A DNA stretch of 64,000 nt, from positions 5,516,859 to 5,580,858 of the forward strand of contig NZ_CP036298.1 in assembly GCF_007752135.1 (NCBI RefSeq), written 5' to 3'. This document shows, piece by piece, positions 48,560 through 58,963 of this stretch (position 1 is its first letter; each line of letters begins with the position of its first letter). The notes under the pieces are model-generated. The model made no database searches and was not told where the DNA came from. It worked only from the letters and a program-made list of their open reading frames with translations. The DNA comes from Aureliella helgolandensis. GTDB taxonomy: Bacteria > Planctomycetota > Planctomycetia > Pirellulales > Pirellulaceae. A program made the position numbers and the translations under genes.

Positions 48560-49147
48560 TCATCGCTTTACTACCTGGCTCATCAGGGATGTTGAGTCGT
48601 TGATTCGTCGAAGAATGTATTGGTCGTTGGACGTTCCTTCCGGTGAGAAGGATTTTGGCGGATGCTGGGAAGGACGGCCAACACCGCCATTCGTGCCACC
48701 GAGCGGATCGGTCACATTTGCCCCACCGCCGTCCGGATCGGATTCGTAATTACCAACCGCCCCAGACGTTGAGCCCAATCCGGTCGCGTCCATTGGGGTG
48801 GTCGTGTACATCAGATGGTCATCATATAGCTTCACGATGGCGTGACCAACAGTATGCGGAGCTTTGCCCTTACGGCGAACGAACGATACGGGGCTAGTCT
48901 GTTTGTTGTATTCAACGTTTTCGACAGTGCCCTGAATCAGCCTTCCATCCTTGAACAACGCCCACGTATTGTCCAAGATTACGAGCTGTATTGCTGATGA
49001 CTCATCGTATGTGGTGATACGATCCGCCTCGATTGCCGCCACATATTCCCATGTGCCGTTGAGTTGAGTAGCCGGATCACCAGCGCAACTCGGCGTACCA
49101 GCAAGGGCAACCAATGAGAGGCATACGCTTAGAATCATCTTTCGCAT
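48560..49147 (-). CDS. Putative lipoprotein, hypothetical.
   Basis: MRKMILSVCLSLVALAGTPSCAG lipoprotein signal. Confidence 0.4.
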   Translation of the reverse strand: MRKMILSVCLSLVALAGTPSCAGDPATQLNGTWEYVAAIEADRITTYDESSAIQLVILDNTWALFKDGRLIQGTVENVEYNKQTSPVSFVRRKGKAPHTVGHAIVKLYDDHLMYTTTPMDATGLGSTSGAVGNYESDPDGGGANVTDPLGGTNGGVGRPSQHPPKSFSPEGTSNDQYILRRINDSTSLMSQVVKR

Positions 49148-49380
49148 TTGAATTCTCCGTGCCAGATAACGTATTGCAATCTATCCGTCGGGATGACTTC
49201 AAGGTGCGCTTGGAAGTGAATGGAAGCTAAGTCGTCGTGATGAATAGGTGTAAGAACTGGCCGCGAACCGGCTTAGTGCAACGACCGCCGTAACCGGGCG
49301 GCGACGAAAGGTTGTCCATTTCAAGTCCGGCCGACTTCGCCGCTCCGGTTCACGGCTTGGTTCTGCCCGCTGTATCCGAT

Positions 49381-50535
49381 TTAATCGTCACTGAAAATCG
49401 GTTTCAGCGCTTCCTCAATTTCATCCGCGATGCTATCCAACCTGAGGTTCGATGAGTTGTCGAGTACTACCAGACAAGAGCGAGTCTTCGGGTATCGAAC
49501 GATGTACGTGTTCGCACCGAGCCACGCCCCGTTATGCCACTGTCGTTTTCGCTCCACGACCCATCCAAATCCATAGTCTGATCGACTTCCATCTTTCAAT
49601 TTTGGACGGTCAAACGCTTGCTCAAGCAGAGTATTGGAAACGCGTGAGTTGCCGTACCAAAACCGATCCCAAATAACGAAATCATTCAAGCTGCTGAAAA
49701 CAGCTCCATCTCCGGCTACACCGTCCAGCCATGTTGGTTCGATTGGCGTTCGGTCATCGTCAATCTGATCAAAGTCAGATGCCTGATTGGGCGAGCGTTG
49801 ATCCGACAGCAAATTCCAAACGCGTGTGTCATTCATGCCAAGCGGCTGAAACAATTCCTCAGACATGAACCTCTCAAAACTCATTCCGGAAACAGCCTCG
49901 ATGACTCCCGCAAGCAATACGTAGTTGGTATTGCTGTATTCCGTAGCGTCGCCGGGCGCGTAATCTGACTTTGAGTGCCACATCACCAATTCTACGGCCG
50001 TTGAAATCGTTAGGATGTCTCCCGCAGTTTCGCGATGCTCCTCAGCAAGGCTCATGTATTCGTCCGGAATACCGGACGTTTGGTTGAGCAGGTGACGAAC
50101 GCTCACATTCTCAAAAGAGAAATTCTCAAGATGCTCGGCAACCGAATCATCAAGGTCCAGTAGACCCATTTCGGCGAGCCTAAGCACGCCAGCGGCAGTG
50201 AACTGCTTTGAAACGGACGCCAATCGAAACGCCGTGTGGTCGTCAATTCGATGCGTTTTAGTATTGTCAGTGTACCCGCACGCTTTAGAAAGCAGGACTC
50301 TTCCATCTCGAATGATGAGAACGCCACCGTTAAACCTATGCTTCTCGAACTGGTCATCAAGCCATCCTGCGACCGCAGCTATCCGATCAGTTTCACTCGC
50401 GTCCGAAGCAACGACAATGGGGTCAACGTGCAGCAATGTGTAGATGTAGTAGCCTGCGCCGCCAGCAATAGCCAACAAGCCAAAACAGATAGAGGCTGTA
50501 ACGAGCATGACGATCCGAAGAGTCTTCTTTCGCAT
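49381..50535 (-). CDS. Beta-lactamase-fold serine hydrolase (class C/PBP-like family), membrane-anchored.
   Basis: N-terminal TM; SxxK active-site motif ASVSKQF; YxN-like motif. Confidence 0.7.
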   Translation of the reverse strand: MRKKTLRIVMLVTASICFGLLAIAGGAGYYIYTLLHVDPIVVASDASETDRIAAVAGWLDDQFEKHRFNGGVLIIRDGRVLLSKACGYTDNTKTHRIDDHTAFRLASVSKQFTAAGVLRLAEMGLLDLDDSVAEHLENFSFENVSVRHLLNQTSGIPDEYMSLAEEHRETAGDILTISTAVELVMWHSKSDYAPGDATEYSNTNYVLLAGVIEAVSGMSFERFMSEELFQPLGMNDTRVWNLLSDQRSPNQASDFDQIDDDRTPIEPTWLDGVAGDGAVFSSLNDFVIWDRFWYGNSRVSNTLLEQAFDRPKLKDGSRSDYGFGWVVERKRQWHNGAWLGANTYIVRYPKTRSCLVVLDNSSNLRLDSIADEIEEALKPIFSDD

Positions 50536-50716
50536 CTCAAACCAAATGAGCTAGGCCGAGGTGGTATCCGTGAGCGGCAGAACGGTTAAATTCACGGGGA
50601 ACGCGCGGGAGAATTTCCACCGCCCAAATAGCGGATCGCGTTCTCCCGTGCAATTTTTGGTTCTGCCAAATTTGGTGAGGCAGGTTTCGTACTTGGGCCA
50701 GAATGAATTTCTGTCG

Positions 50717-51184
50717 CTAAACTGCAACGACGCGTTGGCGCTCTCGTATTGGATCATGTGGCCAGCATGCGACGTAGCACATACTCATGCCGATCCGGCC
50801 ACCTTGCGCAATTGAAATCGCGATCCCGCATGTATACTTTTCAGCGCCATTCGGAAAGCGTCCGTCCAGGAAGAACGAAAGACGGCCTTCAATTGCGTCT
50901 AGGTCGAATTTCACAAGTTTGTCAGTGACAATTTTGGATTCGGAGAGCTCACAACTGTAGATCCGAATCAGCTGTCCAGGAACAATTCGAAAACTCATTC
51001 GAGGTCGATGGTCACGTCGAGACGCCGCGCAAAGCATGCCCATTCCCCAATACCCCGCAATATCATTGTTCCGCGAGCAGAGGTATTCGCATAGCGAACG
51101 AGCAAGCGAATTCATTTGGCGTCGTTTCATAGTCGCATGGCAGAACGAATAGCAATCTATCCCAACTGGGAGCGCAGCGAGCAC
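50717..51184 (-). CDS. Hypothetical protein.
   Basis: ORF only. Confidence 0.25.
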   Translation of the reverse strand: MLAALPVGIDCYSFCHATMKRRQMNSLARSLCEYLCSRNNDIAGYWGMGMLCAASRRDHRPRMSFRIVPGQLIRIYSCELSESKIVTDKLVKFDLDAIEGRLSFFLDGRFPNGAEKYTCGIAISIAQGGRIGMSMCYVACWPHDPIRERQRVVAV

Positions 51185-51289
51185 GGGGGGATAGATTGTC
51201 CGTTGAGCTGAGACGCTTCGCTCGACAGGTCCTATGCGGATAGTATTGAGCTGGCGTCAGATGCGAGTCAGTTTAGCCTAGTCAGAGAT

Positions 51290-51690
51290 GGCTTGGCAAG
51301 CAGTTTGTTGAACAGAATGGAAACGCATCGAGAGGCGGATAGGTATCAGGAGGCCTTGCAGTTGAACCGCCCAGCCCGGAGAAAGGGTTCTCGACGCTCC
51401 CATGACGCGATTCTCAATTTGCCTTCCAGCATGCACAAACCTTGGGCAGGAGCCGACAGCAACCGAATTTCGGGGCTCAATACCGTTCAGGGCAGGGTAG
51501 CTAACCCATGCCTTTCATCCTCGCTTCCTTTCTTGGCTACACATCAACCGACGATTTCGGCACGGTGCCTTGTACCTCGGTTGCAAGCCTAGATACTGAG
51601 CCTGTGGCTAACAGCTACTCAGGCGGGAGTTACACCCGCTAGTCATTCAAACATCTCCAGTTCGATTCGTGCATCGTCTGGTTCGCCGCT
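51290..51690 (-). mobile_element. 5'-terminal fragment (domain I region) of a group II intron, no ORF.
   Basis: About 85% identity to the 5' regions of the other two intron copies (CCTTCCAGCATGCACAAACCTTGGGCAGG...GGGAGTTACACCC...). Confidence 0.45.
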
Positions 51691-51699
51691 GTGTCCGCT

Positions 51700-53622
51700 T
51701 CAATCAGCTTTGGTCTTGAGCGCTTCATCGATCACACGGCTGAACATGACCACCTGCAACCGCGTCATCCTCTCCATGACTTCTTCTTCGGAAGCGTCTT
51801 TGTCAATCGGCCAAGGAAGTCCGGCAGATTTTGCAAGCGTTTCCATTTCATGCATGAAGAGGGCCCGATCTGTTGGGAAGTCACCACTGTTGAACGCGAC
51901 CGTTCCGTTACGATTTACGACAACAACGCTTGGATAACCTTGAATCGCATAGCGTTGAACGGTTTCGCCAGTCACGATCTCGTCCCCGGCATCCAAACCC
52001 ACGATGGTTTCCCATTCCTGTTGTTTTAGCAGTCGCTTCACAAGGGTCATGTCAGTTCCGGCGGTGTGTATCCCCAAGAACACAACATCGCCGTACTTAT
52101 AACGATCATGCAATTCCTTCATGGCGGGAATGGCATGGATACATGGGCCGCACCAAACACCCCAGAAATCCAGCACAACAACCTTGCCACGAAAATCTGA
52201 GAGTTTTCGATCCTTGCCGTCCGACCATTTCATGATCGTCCATTCGGGAGCGGCAGTCCCGGCCGCAAGGGCCGGTTTTCGCTCTGGCTGATTCGCGGAC
52301 GGGGCGGATGTGTCGCGTAGTTTCAGAATGACCAGTTCGTTCTCGCCCGTATCAAGTGGGACCTTTGTCGAAGTGCTGAGAGTGCCAAATTGTGCCGAGA
52401 TTCGCATCAGACCGGAAGCGAGATCGGTCAAGAGGCATTCACCATCGGGACCCGTACGAGCGATACGCGTGCGTGAGGCTTGGTCGTTAAGCGGTTCAAC
52501 GACGGCACCGTGAAGTGGTGTACCGCCTGGCCCAACGACGCGGACGCGAACTGAACAGCCGGGCTTCAAGGTGATAGGATCAACCTGTGCGATGCCATTC
52601 GCCCCAACCGTTACGAGAGTCGGTTTCGTGTCCATGCCGCCGAATCCCTCGCGAGTAATAATTAGTCCAACCTTTTGATCTGCACTTAGCTTGGGGGCGT
52701 CCACCGAGAACTGACCATTGCTGTCCGTCGTTGCTTTAATATTAATATTCCTGCTCCCGCTTCCGCCTTCCGAATAAAACCCCACCGTGACAGTTGCGCC
52801 TTGAATAGGGTCAGTATTTGCGGCGACGACCCGTCCGTGAAGTTGCGGCGACTCGTCGTCCGACCTAGCGGCATCAACGTTGATCACGACAATTAATTGC
52901 CCGTCGCGTACCAACGCTGCACAGTTTTTCAACGTGGCCGTACGGCTGCTGGAATCTTGCACAACAACGGTCCCGTCATCTTGGCGTTTGCCCTCCGACA
53001 CGACGTTGCGGGGATCAAACCCTTCCTCGAACTCGGCCACCATTCCGTCAGGTACAACGAGTTTCCGTTTTTCGTCTCCACAATGCACATTGAACTTTCC
53101 CGTAAGCTGTAGCATCGTGACAGTGCCGGTGCCTTTTTCGTTGAGTTCGCAGTAGCCGCTTATGTATTCATTGCCCTTCTGTTGTCCGAGCGAAACGAAT
53201 GTCTTTGGCACAGCCGATAGTGTGTCGGGATACCGAACGATGAACTCGATAGGTGAGCCTTTGCGGACTTGGTAGTTCTTCGTAAAGACGGGACGAACAT
53301 CAGTTGTCGCGAAAACTTGTGTCGCATTGGTTTCCACAGAGCAATAACCCGGAGGGGGCACCAGTTGCCACGCCCAGCCGTGGCCTGCGGGTACTTCAAT
53401 GGAGTAACGACCAGCATCGTCCGTTGATGATTTGCGAATCCGTTGCGAGGGTTCCGATTCGGACGTGATCAGAACTTGGACGGTCGTGTTCGCCACAGGC
53501 TTCTGGGTGTCCGCATCGGTGACAACGCCATCCATGCGATAATGCGACTGTGCCCAAGCTGGGACGTTGGAAACCAGCATGCAAATCGACATCGTGAGTA
53601 GCAGGCAACCATACCGTCGCAT
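51700..53622 (-). CDS. Secreted multidomain protein: repeated carboxypeptidase-regulatory/Ig-like beta domains plus C-terminal TlpA-like thioredoxin domain.
   Basis: Signal peptide MRRYGCLLLTMSICMLVSNVPAWAQ; C-terminal FWGVWCGPC thioredoxin motif. Confidence 0.6.
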   Translation of the reverse strand: MRRYGCLLLTMSICMLVSNVPAWAQSHYRMDGVVTDADTQKPVANTTVQVLITSESEPSQRIRKSSTDDAGRYSIEVPAGHGWAWQLVPPPGYCSVETNATQVFATTDVRPVFTKNYQVRKGSPIEFIVRYPDTLSAVPKTFVSLGQQKGNEYISGYCELNEKGTGTVTMLQLTGKFNVHCGDEKRKLVVPDGMVAEFEEGFDPRNVVSEGKRQDDGTVVVQDSSSRTATLKNCAALVRDGQLIVVINVDAARSDDESPQLHGRVVAANTDPIQGATVTVGFYSEGGSGSRNINIKATTDSNGQFSVDAPKLSADQKVGLIITREGFGGMDTKPTLVTVGANGIAQVDPITLKPGCSVRVRVVGPGGTPLHGAVVEPLNDQASRTRIARTGPDGECLLTDLASGLMRISAQFGTLSTSTKVPLDTGENELVILKLRDTSAPSANQPERKPALAAGTAAPEWTIMKWSDGKDRKLSDFRGKVVVLDFWGVWCGPCIHAIPAMKELHDRYKYGDVVFLGIHTAGTDMTLVKRLLKQQEWETIVGLDAGDEIVTGETVQRYAIQGYPSVVVVNRNGTVAFNSGDFPTDRALFMHEMETLAKSAGLPWPIDKDASEEEVMERMTRLQVVMFSRVIDEALKTKAD

Positions 53623-53759
53623 GACGAGGTCTCCGTTGGAAAAACTAGAAGGTTGCGTGAGCGGCGAACGGCGGTGTTCACGCCGTTCCGGGACATGACA
53701 TTTTGTGCAAAGTAAAGCGGCCTCCGGAACTGGCGTGCAATGCGTGGTTCGTCCGTCTC

Positions 53760-54167
53760 TTAACGTCGATCAGTTGCCGCGCTGCCGCTGGCCGACAGAT
53801 TTTTCGGCTTATTTCGACGGTCCCAAAATTTTGTCATAAGCAAGGATATGATTGTTTGCAGTGCTAAGGCGAAAACCACAATAGAAACGATTACGTACGC
53901 AGCTGAAAATTCGCGCAAACTCAGGAATGCACAATAGAACAAGCTAAGCGTTAGTGGAACGCCGAGCAAGAGGTACGGCAACCGTTTCGAGGTTTGAATC
54001 TCAAAAACACTTCCGAAGTAGGATTGAATCATACCGAATGAAAACAGAGTACCGCCCAATGCAAACAATAATCCCAAACGATCCAAATACAGTCCGAGAC
54101 CGCTAAGCAGGCAACCAGTCCAAATTACTGACTGACCGATTGCAGAGTTCTTCGTCATTGCGGGCAT
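53760..54167 (-). CDS. Hypothetical membrane protein.
   Basis: Four TM helices. Confidence 0.35.
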   Translation of the reverse strand: MPAMTKNSAIGQSVIWTGCLLSGLGLYLDRLGLLFALGGTLFSFGMIQSYFGSVFEIQTSKRLPYLLLGVPLTLSLFYCAFLSLREFSAAYVIVSIVVFALALQTIISLLMTKFWDRRNKPKNLSASGSAATDRR

Positions 54168-54298
54168 GTGAATATCTTCAAAGGACGAACGGCACGCATC
54201 ACGGGGTGGCGGAAGTTGATGTTGATTTCAAAACCGACTGGCCACCGCCACTCCCGTGCATGCGTTGGTTCCGTCGGCTTTTGTGTCCAGATTTGACG

Positions 54299-55645
54299 TT
54301 AACGAATGCGTTCCAGAGCAAGGTCAACGTCCTCTTTAAGTGTATCCGATATGCTCGGATCTTTTGCAAGCAATTCGAGAGCCCGGACAGCCGCAGTCGC
54401 ATCGGAACCGAGTTTCGCAAGAGCATGTACGGCCGAACTCGCAGGTTGATCAAAAATTCCATCGTGTTTTTCAAGTGCACGAATATACGCAGCGATCACT
54501 CGCGGTTCGGATATACCACGTGAACTGAATTTCTTAATGACGGTCTCGACGACCAATTCGTCCTCATCTTCCATCAAAGGAATGGAACGTGACACTGCGG
54601 TATCGGGGGCAATCGCAAAGAAGGCATCTACCAGTTCCCAACGTATCTGTGCAGAAGCGTGTTTTTTCGCACGTTCGAGTGAATCAAGAAGTCCACGAGC
54701 AGGAGGACCAAGTTGCGCAATTGCCTCTGGGGCATCATTTTGGACGAATTCGCGATCCATGTCGTCGAGCAAAAGCTGCCCCAACAAGTCCATCGCTTCC
54801 GGCGGGGGAGATTCCGATATCTTGCAAATAGCAGTGGCTGACCAAATCCGCACGTTTTTATTGTGATCTGGCCCGATTAGAGTTTTCAATTTCGGTATTG
54901 CGTCCGAGGCATCCGGACCGGTTTTTGCCAGAAGGCGAGCCGCGCGCCCTCGTAACTTCTCGGGCAACATGAAATCTCGTGAGACCGCGATGTAGACATC
55001 AGAATCATCGTCGAGCAGTTTGATGACTTCGGGTATGACAGGGTCAATGAGTTTAGACCGTTTGTCCAGTGCGTCCAGAACAGTCCATTTTACCATTGGA
55101 TCTGGGTCCAGTAGTAGTTTTCCAAACTTGAGCACGGATTCTTCGGTGTGATCTGCCACGGCGTCCAATGCCGAAATCGCTCGCGAACGCAGGTACACAT
55201 CGTCGCTGGTACAGAATGGCAGGATCATTTCGTATGCACGACGATCCGGTTTGCCAATTCGAGAGACAGCTTCGAGTGCTTTTGCTCGCGTACGGTCTGT
55301 CTCTAGCTTGGGCAACTCCTTCAAAATCGACGTGGCTGCCGCTGGAGGTAAGTCGAGCAATTTGAACCAAGCTCGTTCACTCACCGTTTCGCGACCAATG
55401 ATGTGTTCGACCACAGTTCGCTCATCATTCAAGAGGAGCGTGAGTTGCCGTGCAATCTCTGACTGGGCAAGTGTGTCGTTGGGTAATGACGATATTGCGG
55501 TGGCGATATCTTGTGCACTGCCGGACTTCAGCGAAGCAAGCGGATTCCCCGTTTCCGTTTCCTGTGCGGTAACGTGGTCACACAACAACAAGCCGATCGT
55601 GAGCAGGACTGTCGGGGCGTATGCGTGCATGTTGGTCAAGACCAT
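54299..55645 (-). CDS. Secreted HEAT/PBS-lyase-type repeat protein.
   Basis: Signal peptide, then repeated about 30-aa alpha-helical units with conserved LxxLLxDxDxxVR pattern. Confidence 0.55.
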   Translation of the reverse strand: MVLTNMHAYAPTVLLTIGLLLCDHVTAQETETGNPLASLKSGSAQDIATAISSLPNDTLAQSEIARQLTLLLNDERTVVEHIIGRETVSERAWFKLLDLPPAAATSILKELPKLETDRTRAKALEAVSRIGKPDRRAYEMILPFCTSDDVYLRSRAISALDAVADHTEESVLKFGKLLLDPDPMVKWTVLDALDKRSKLIDPVIPEVIKLLDDDSDVYIAVSRDFMLPEKLRGRAARLLAKTGPDASDAIPKLKTLIGPDHNKNVRIWSATAICKISESPPPEAMDLLGQLLLDDMDREFVQNDAPEAIAQLGPPARGLLDSLERAKKHASAQIRWELVDAFFAIAPDTAVSRSIPLMEDEDELVVETVIKKFSSRGISEPRVIAAYIRALEKHDGIFDQPASSAVHALAKLGSDATAAVRALELLAKDPSISDTLKEDVDLALERIR

Positions 55646-55814
55646 TTGGACGAATGCTTGGATGCCCGGCGTGACGCTTTGCCGACGGAACGGTGAGGAT
55701 CACGTTGTTCCGGGGCGTGAGGTATTAGCAAACTAAGCTCGCACCGGAACTGGCGGCGAGTAGTTTGGAATCTCTCAAGTTTAGGTCGAGGTTTGTGTTC
55801 GCTGTTTCCACGAG

Positions 55815-57822
55815 TTTCCTCCACGTGGTGCCACAATATTACGACCGTGCTTAATTGATGATCCGCACCCTCTCAGAACCGGACGTGCGCAGTTAACGCA
55901 TCCGGCTCCCAGCTATCACTTGTCTACCGATTCATTGTAGCAGCTAGTTGACGTCCACGGGCAATCAAATCCGTTAACCGTCGAGGTTCCGCCAGTGGAT
56001 TGCGAGCCAAGTACTGTGCAAACGTTTTACGACTGATGCGGCCTTTCTGACTGCGTCGGCAGATCCAGCGGTAGGCGAATCGCTTGGCCGCTTGGCGGTA
56101 CTTTACCAGGTACGGCCAATTGTCATTGATCCCGTAGTATTGGTAATGACCGCAGAGCTTGCGGTTGAGCGTCCGCCAGACCTCGGTGATCGGCTGAGTC
56201 AGATTGTGGCGTAGCCAGTCTTTGAGCGCTAGGTACTTAGCCCGTAGTTTCTTGGTGGCGGTTTTCCTCTTGAGTTTGAATTTGCCCGAGCGACTGTGGC
56301 CGCAGTAATGAGTGAAGCCGAGAAAGTCGAAGACCCCAGGTCGCCCACCGTTGCCGTAGCGCTTACTGTCGCGCTCGGCGAAGCGGCCAAACCTGATCAA
56401 TTGCGACTTGTCCTCAGCTAACTCTAACGAGAATCGAGCCAAACGTTTCTTGAGCACCTCTAGGAATCGGCGTGCATCGTCCTCACGCTCAAACCAGCAG
56501 ATAAAATCATCAGCATATCGCACAATGTGCGATTCGCCGCTGAGACGTGGTTGCACATCGCGGACGAACCATTGGTCCAATACGTAATGTAGATACACGT
56601 TAGCCAGTAAGGGACTGAGAACTGAGCCTTGCGCGACTCCGTCGTCTGTGTCATGACGCCGGTTGTCGATCATCACACCCGCCTTGAGAAAGCGTTGGAT
56701 TAGCCACAACATGCGAGGATCGGAGACACGCTGCTGAACTAACTCGATGAGTTGCTCATGACAGACGTTGTCGAAGAACCCTTTAATGTCCGCGTCAGAA
56801 ATCCAGTTCACTTTCTTAGTGGCGATGTCTGTGCCAAGCACACTCAATGCATCGTGGCACGACTTGCCCGGACGGAATCCGAACGAGAAGGCATAGAAAT
56901 CCTTCTCGTATATCCGTTCCAGGATCATCACGACGGCTCGTTGGACGAGTTTGTCTTCCACGCATGCGATACCCAGCGGTCGCGTTTTGCCATTCCCTTT
57001 CGGGATCTCTCTACGCAGACTTGGGTGGGGACGATAGCTTTGACGGTGAAGCCGGGTTGCGAGATCCTCAAGATTGCTCTCCAGGTTGGCCTCGTATTGC
57101 TCCCATGTCTGACCATCGACTCCCGGTGCTTTGCCTCGTTCGAGTTTGTGGAACGCGTGTCGAAGTAAGGTCACGTCGAGCATCGAGAAAAGGTTGTTAA
57201 ATGCCTCTTCAGGATGGCGTTCCGCTCGTTCGGAGATGCGAATCAGTCGACTTATCACATCGGTTCCCGCTCTGAGTTGGGGATGTGTTCGACTGGGATC
57301 GCGTGATAGCTTAGCCGCCTTCCCTCCACTGGCATTACCCAGCTTCGTTTCACGCACTCGGTCTGTGCGCTGCTGTGGTACTATTCGGCTATCCGACTTC
57401 CCAGCGTCATTTGCAAGCCTCTCCTCTTCGGATTGGGGATGCATACTCGCAGCGGCGTGATTGGTCTTCACGTCAAACAAGAACAGTTGGGATCTCACTG
57501 GTTGCTTTGATGACATAATGTGAAACGCGAATGGGCGTTCGACCCCGGGTCTCCAAACAACGCTCGCCATGACGCGGTGTTCGGTATTGCCTTCCAGTAT
57601 GCACACACCTTGGGCAGAATCCGACAGTTACAATAATTTCGGGGCTCAGTACCATTCAGGGCTGGATAGCTAGTCCATACCTTTCATCCTCGCTTCCTTT
57701 CTGTGTACGCTTCAACTTGCCTGTTACCAGACAACCTGCAACACTCGATACTGGGCTCGTGGCTAGCGGCTACCCAGGTGGGAGTTACACCCACTTGTCG
57801 TCAACTCATTTCCAGTACGCAC
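55815..57822 (-). mobile_element. Apparently intact bacterial group II intron (about 2.0 kb) with intron-encoded protein.
   Basis: 5' end GUGCG at 57822 (minus strand); domain V GAGCCGGATGCGTTAACTGCGCACGTCCGGTTCT at 55867-55900; putative domain VI at 55830-55860. The 5' exon junction coincides exactly with the start of repeat R4. Confidence 0.75.
55924..57606 (-). CDS. Group II intron reverse transcriptase/maturase.
   Basis: RT motifs including YADDFICWF (RT5, YADD), maturase X domain and C-terminal DNA-binding region. Confidence 0.85.
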   Translation of the reverse strand: MCILEGNTEHRVMASVVWRPGVERPFAFHIMSSKQPVRSQLFLFDVKTNHAAASMHPQSEEERLANDAGKSDSRIVPQQRTDRVRETKLGNASGGKAAKLSRDPSRTHPQLRAGTDVISRLIRISERAERHPEEAFNNLFSMLDVTLLRHAFHKLERGKAPGVDGQTWEQYEANLESNLEDLATRLHRQSYRPHPSLRREIPKGNGKTRPLGIACVEDKLVQRAVVMILERIYEKDFYAFSFGFRPGKSCHDALSVLGTDIATKKVNWISDADIKGFFDNVCHEQLIELVQQRVSDPRMLWLIQRFLKAGVMIDNRRHDTDDGVAQGSVLSPLLANVYLHYVLDQWFVRDVQPRLSGESHIVRYADDFICWFEREDDARRFLEVLKKRLARFSLELAEDKSQLIRFGRFAERDSKRYGNGGRPGVFDFLGFTHYCGHSRSGKFKLKRKTATKKLRAKYLALKDWLRHNLTQPITEVWRTLNRKLCGHYQYYGINDNWPYLVKYRQAAKRFAYRWICRRSQKGRISRKTFAQYLARNPLAEPRRLTDLIARGRQLAATMNR

Positions 57823-57836
57823 GTGCATACGCGTTG

Positions 57837-58418
57837 TTATCCGTCAGTCCCCGCCATTAGGAACCGGAGTGCTGGTTTCGCCAAGCGGCTGTCAGGATAC
57901 AGCTCTAGGCACTGCTGGTAGAGTTGGATGGCCCGTTCTCGGTCTCCGGCCAAAGCCATGTTTGTAGCCATGTTTGCCAGCATAATCTCACGCCAGTCCA
58001 TTCCGGAGTAGTCCAGCATGCTGATTGCTCGGTACCGATCCGCCCACCGGCGATCGGAAAAATACTGGTAACCAGCTTCAAACATTGCAGCTGCCTCGCG
58101 GTATCGCTCTTCCGCCATGAGCCTCAGTCCTGCCTTCTGGAAGGACTTCGCTCGTCGCTGCAAAAGCACCTTCAGGACGAAGTACATCATGGTCGCGGCA
58201 ACCAGTCCGGGAAGACCGGCGAAATACGCACCGGCTCCCTGCAGCGAAAATAAAACTGCCAGAACGCTACAGAGACGCCACCAAGACGAAGTCCGAGCTA
58301 CAAGCGGTTTCGTCAATGAATAGTCACTTTCGTTTTGAGACGGACAACGCCCCGCGTCACCGGGGCCCGTGAGTTTAGCATCCATTCGTGAAACCGACCA
58401 ACGGGCCTCCGCGTGCAC
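57837..58418 (-). CDS. Membrane-anchored TPR-like protein (paralogue of 46408-46956).
   Basis: Identical over 182 aa to the 46408 copy; the longer N-terminus is read from intron-flanking sequence. Confidence 0.45.
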   Translation of the reverse strand: MHAEARWSVSRMDAKLTGPGDAGRCPSQNESDYSLTKPLVARTSSWWRLCSVLAVLFSLQGAGAYFAGLPGLVAATMMYFVLKVLLQRRAKSFQKAGLRLMAEERYREAAAMFEAGYQYFSDRRWADRYRAISMLDYSGMDWREIMLANMATNMALAGDRERAIQLYQQCLELYPDSRLAKPALRFLMAGTDG

Positions 58419-58463
58419 GCGATGGTTATCCGCATTTTGCGTTCAATTTCGAGTACCCGTTCG

Positions 58464-58823
58464 TCAAGATTGCGGCGTGGGCCACCGCCCTTTGACTGCA
58501 ATGTAGGCGGACGCAATGCACATAGCGACGTAGTAGCAGCGTGCCTTGTTGCCGATATTGTCATTCGGGTTCACATAAGTGGCAATAAGCACCCATGTCA
58601 TTGCTATGAACGTAAGCACGCCCAGCAGTCTAATTGCTACGGTCCGAAGAGGAGGGTCAAGACACGCAACACCAACGAGCGCGGGATACACTGCGGTAGC
58701 GGCAAGGACCAACCATTGCCGCAATGGTCCACCAGAGTAGGCGAGATACGTTGCCAAAATCAATAGCATGGTGGCAAAGCACTCAGACACCACTCCAGCG
58801 ATCAACGCTAATGACCGTCTCAA
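58464..58823 (-). CDS. Hypothetical small membrane protein.
   Basis: Three TM helices. Confidence 0.3.
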   Translation of the reverse strand: MRRSLALIAGVVSECFATMLLILATYLAYSGGPLRQWLVLAATAVYPALVGVACLDPPLRTVAIRLLGVLTFIAMTWVLIATYVNPNDNIGNKARCYYVAMCIASAYIAVKGRWPTPQS

Positions 58824-58963
58824 AACATCAACCTAAAGAACGAATGAAATCATCGTATCGGATAACGACCAAATTCATCGAGTGCGAGGAGGTGACTCAA
58901 CGCGAGTTAAAACGTCTGCCCGAGCACTTCGATGCAATTTCCTGTTCTGCGCTTCTTTTCATT

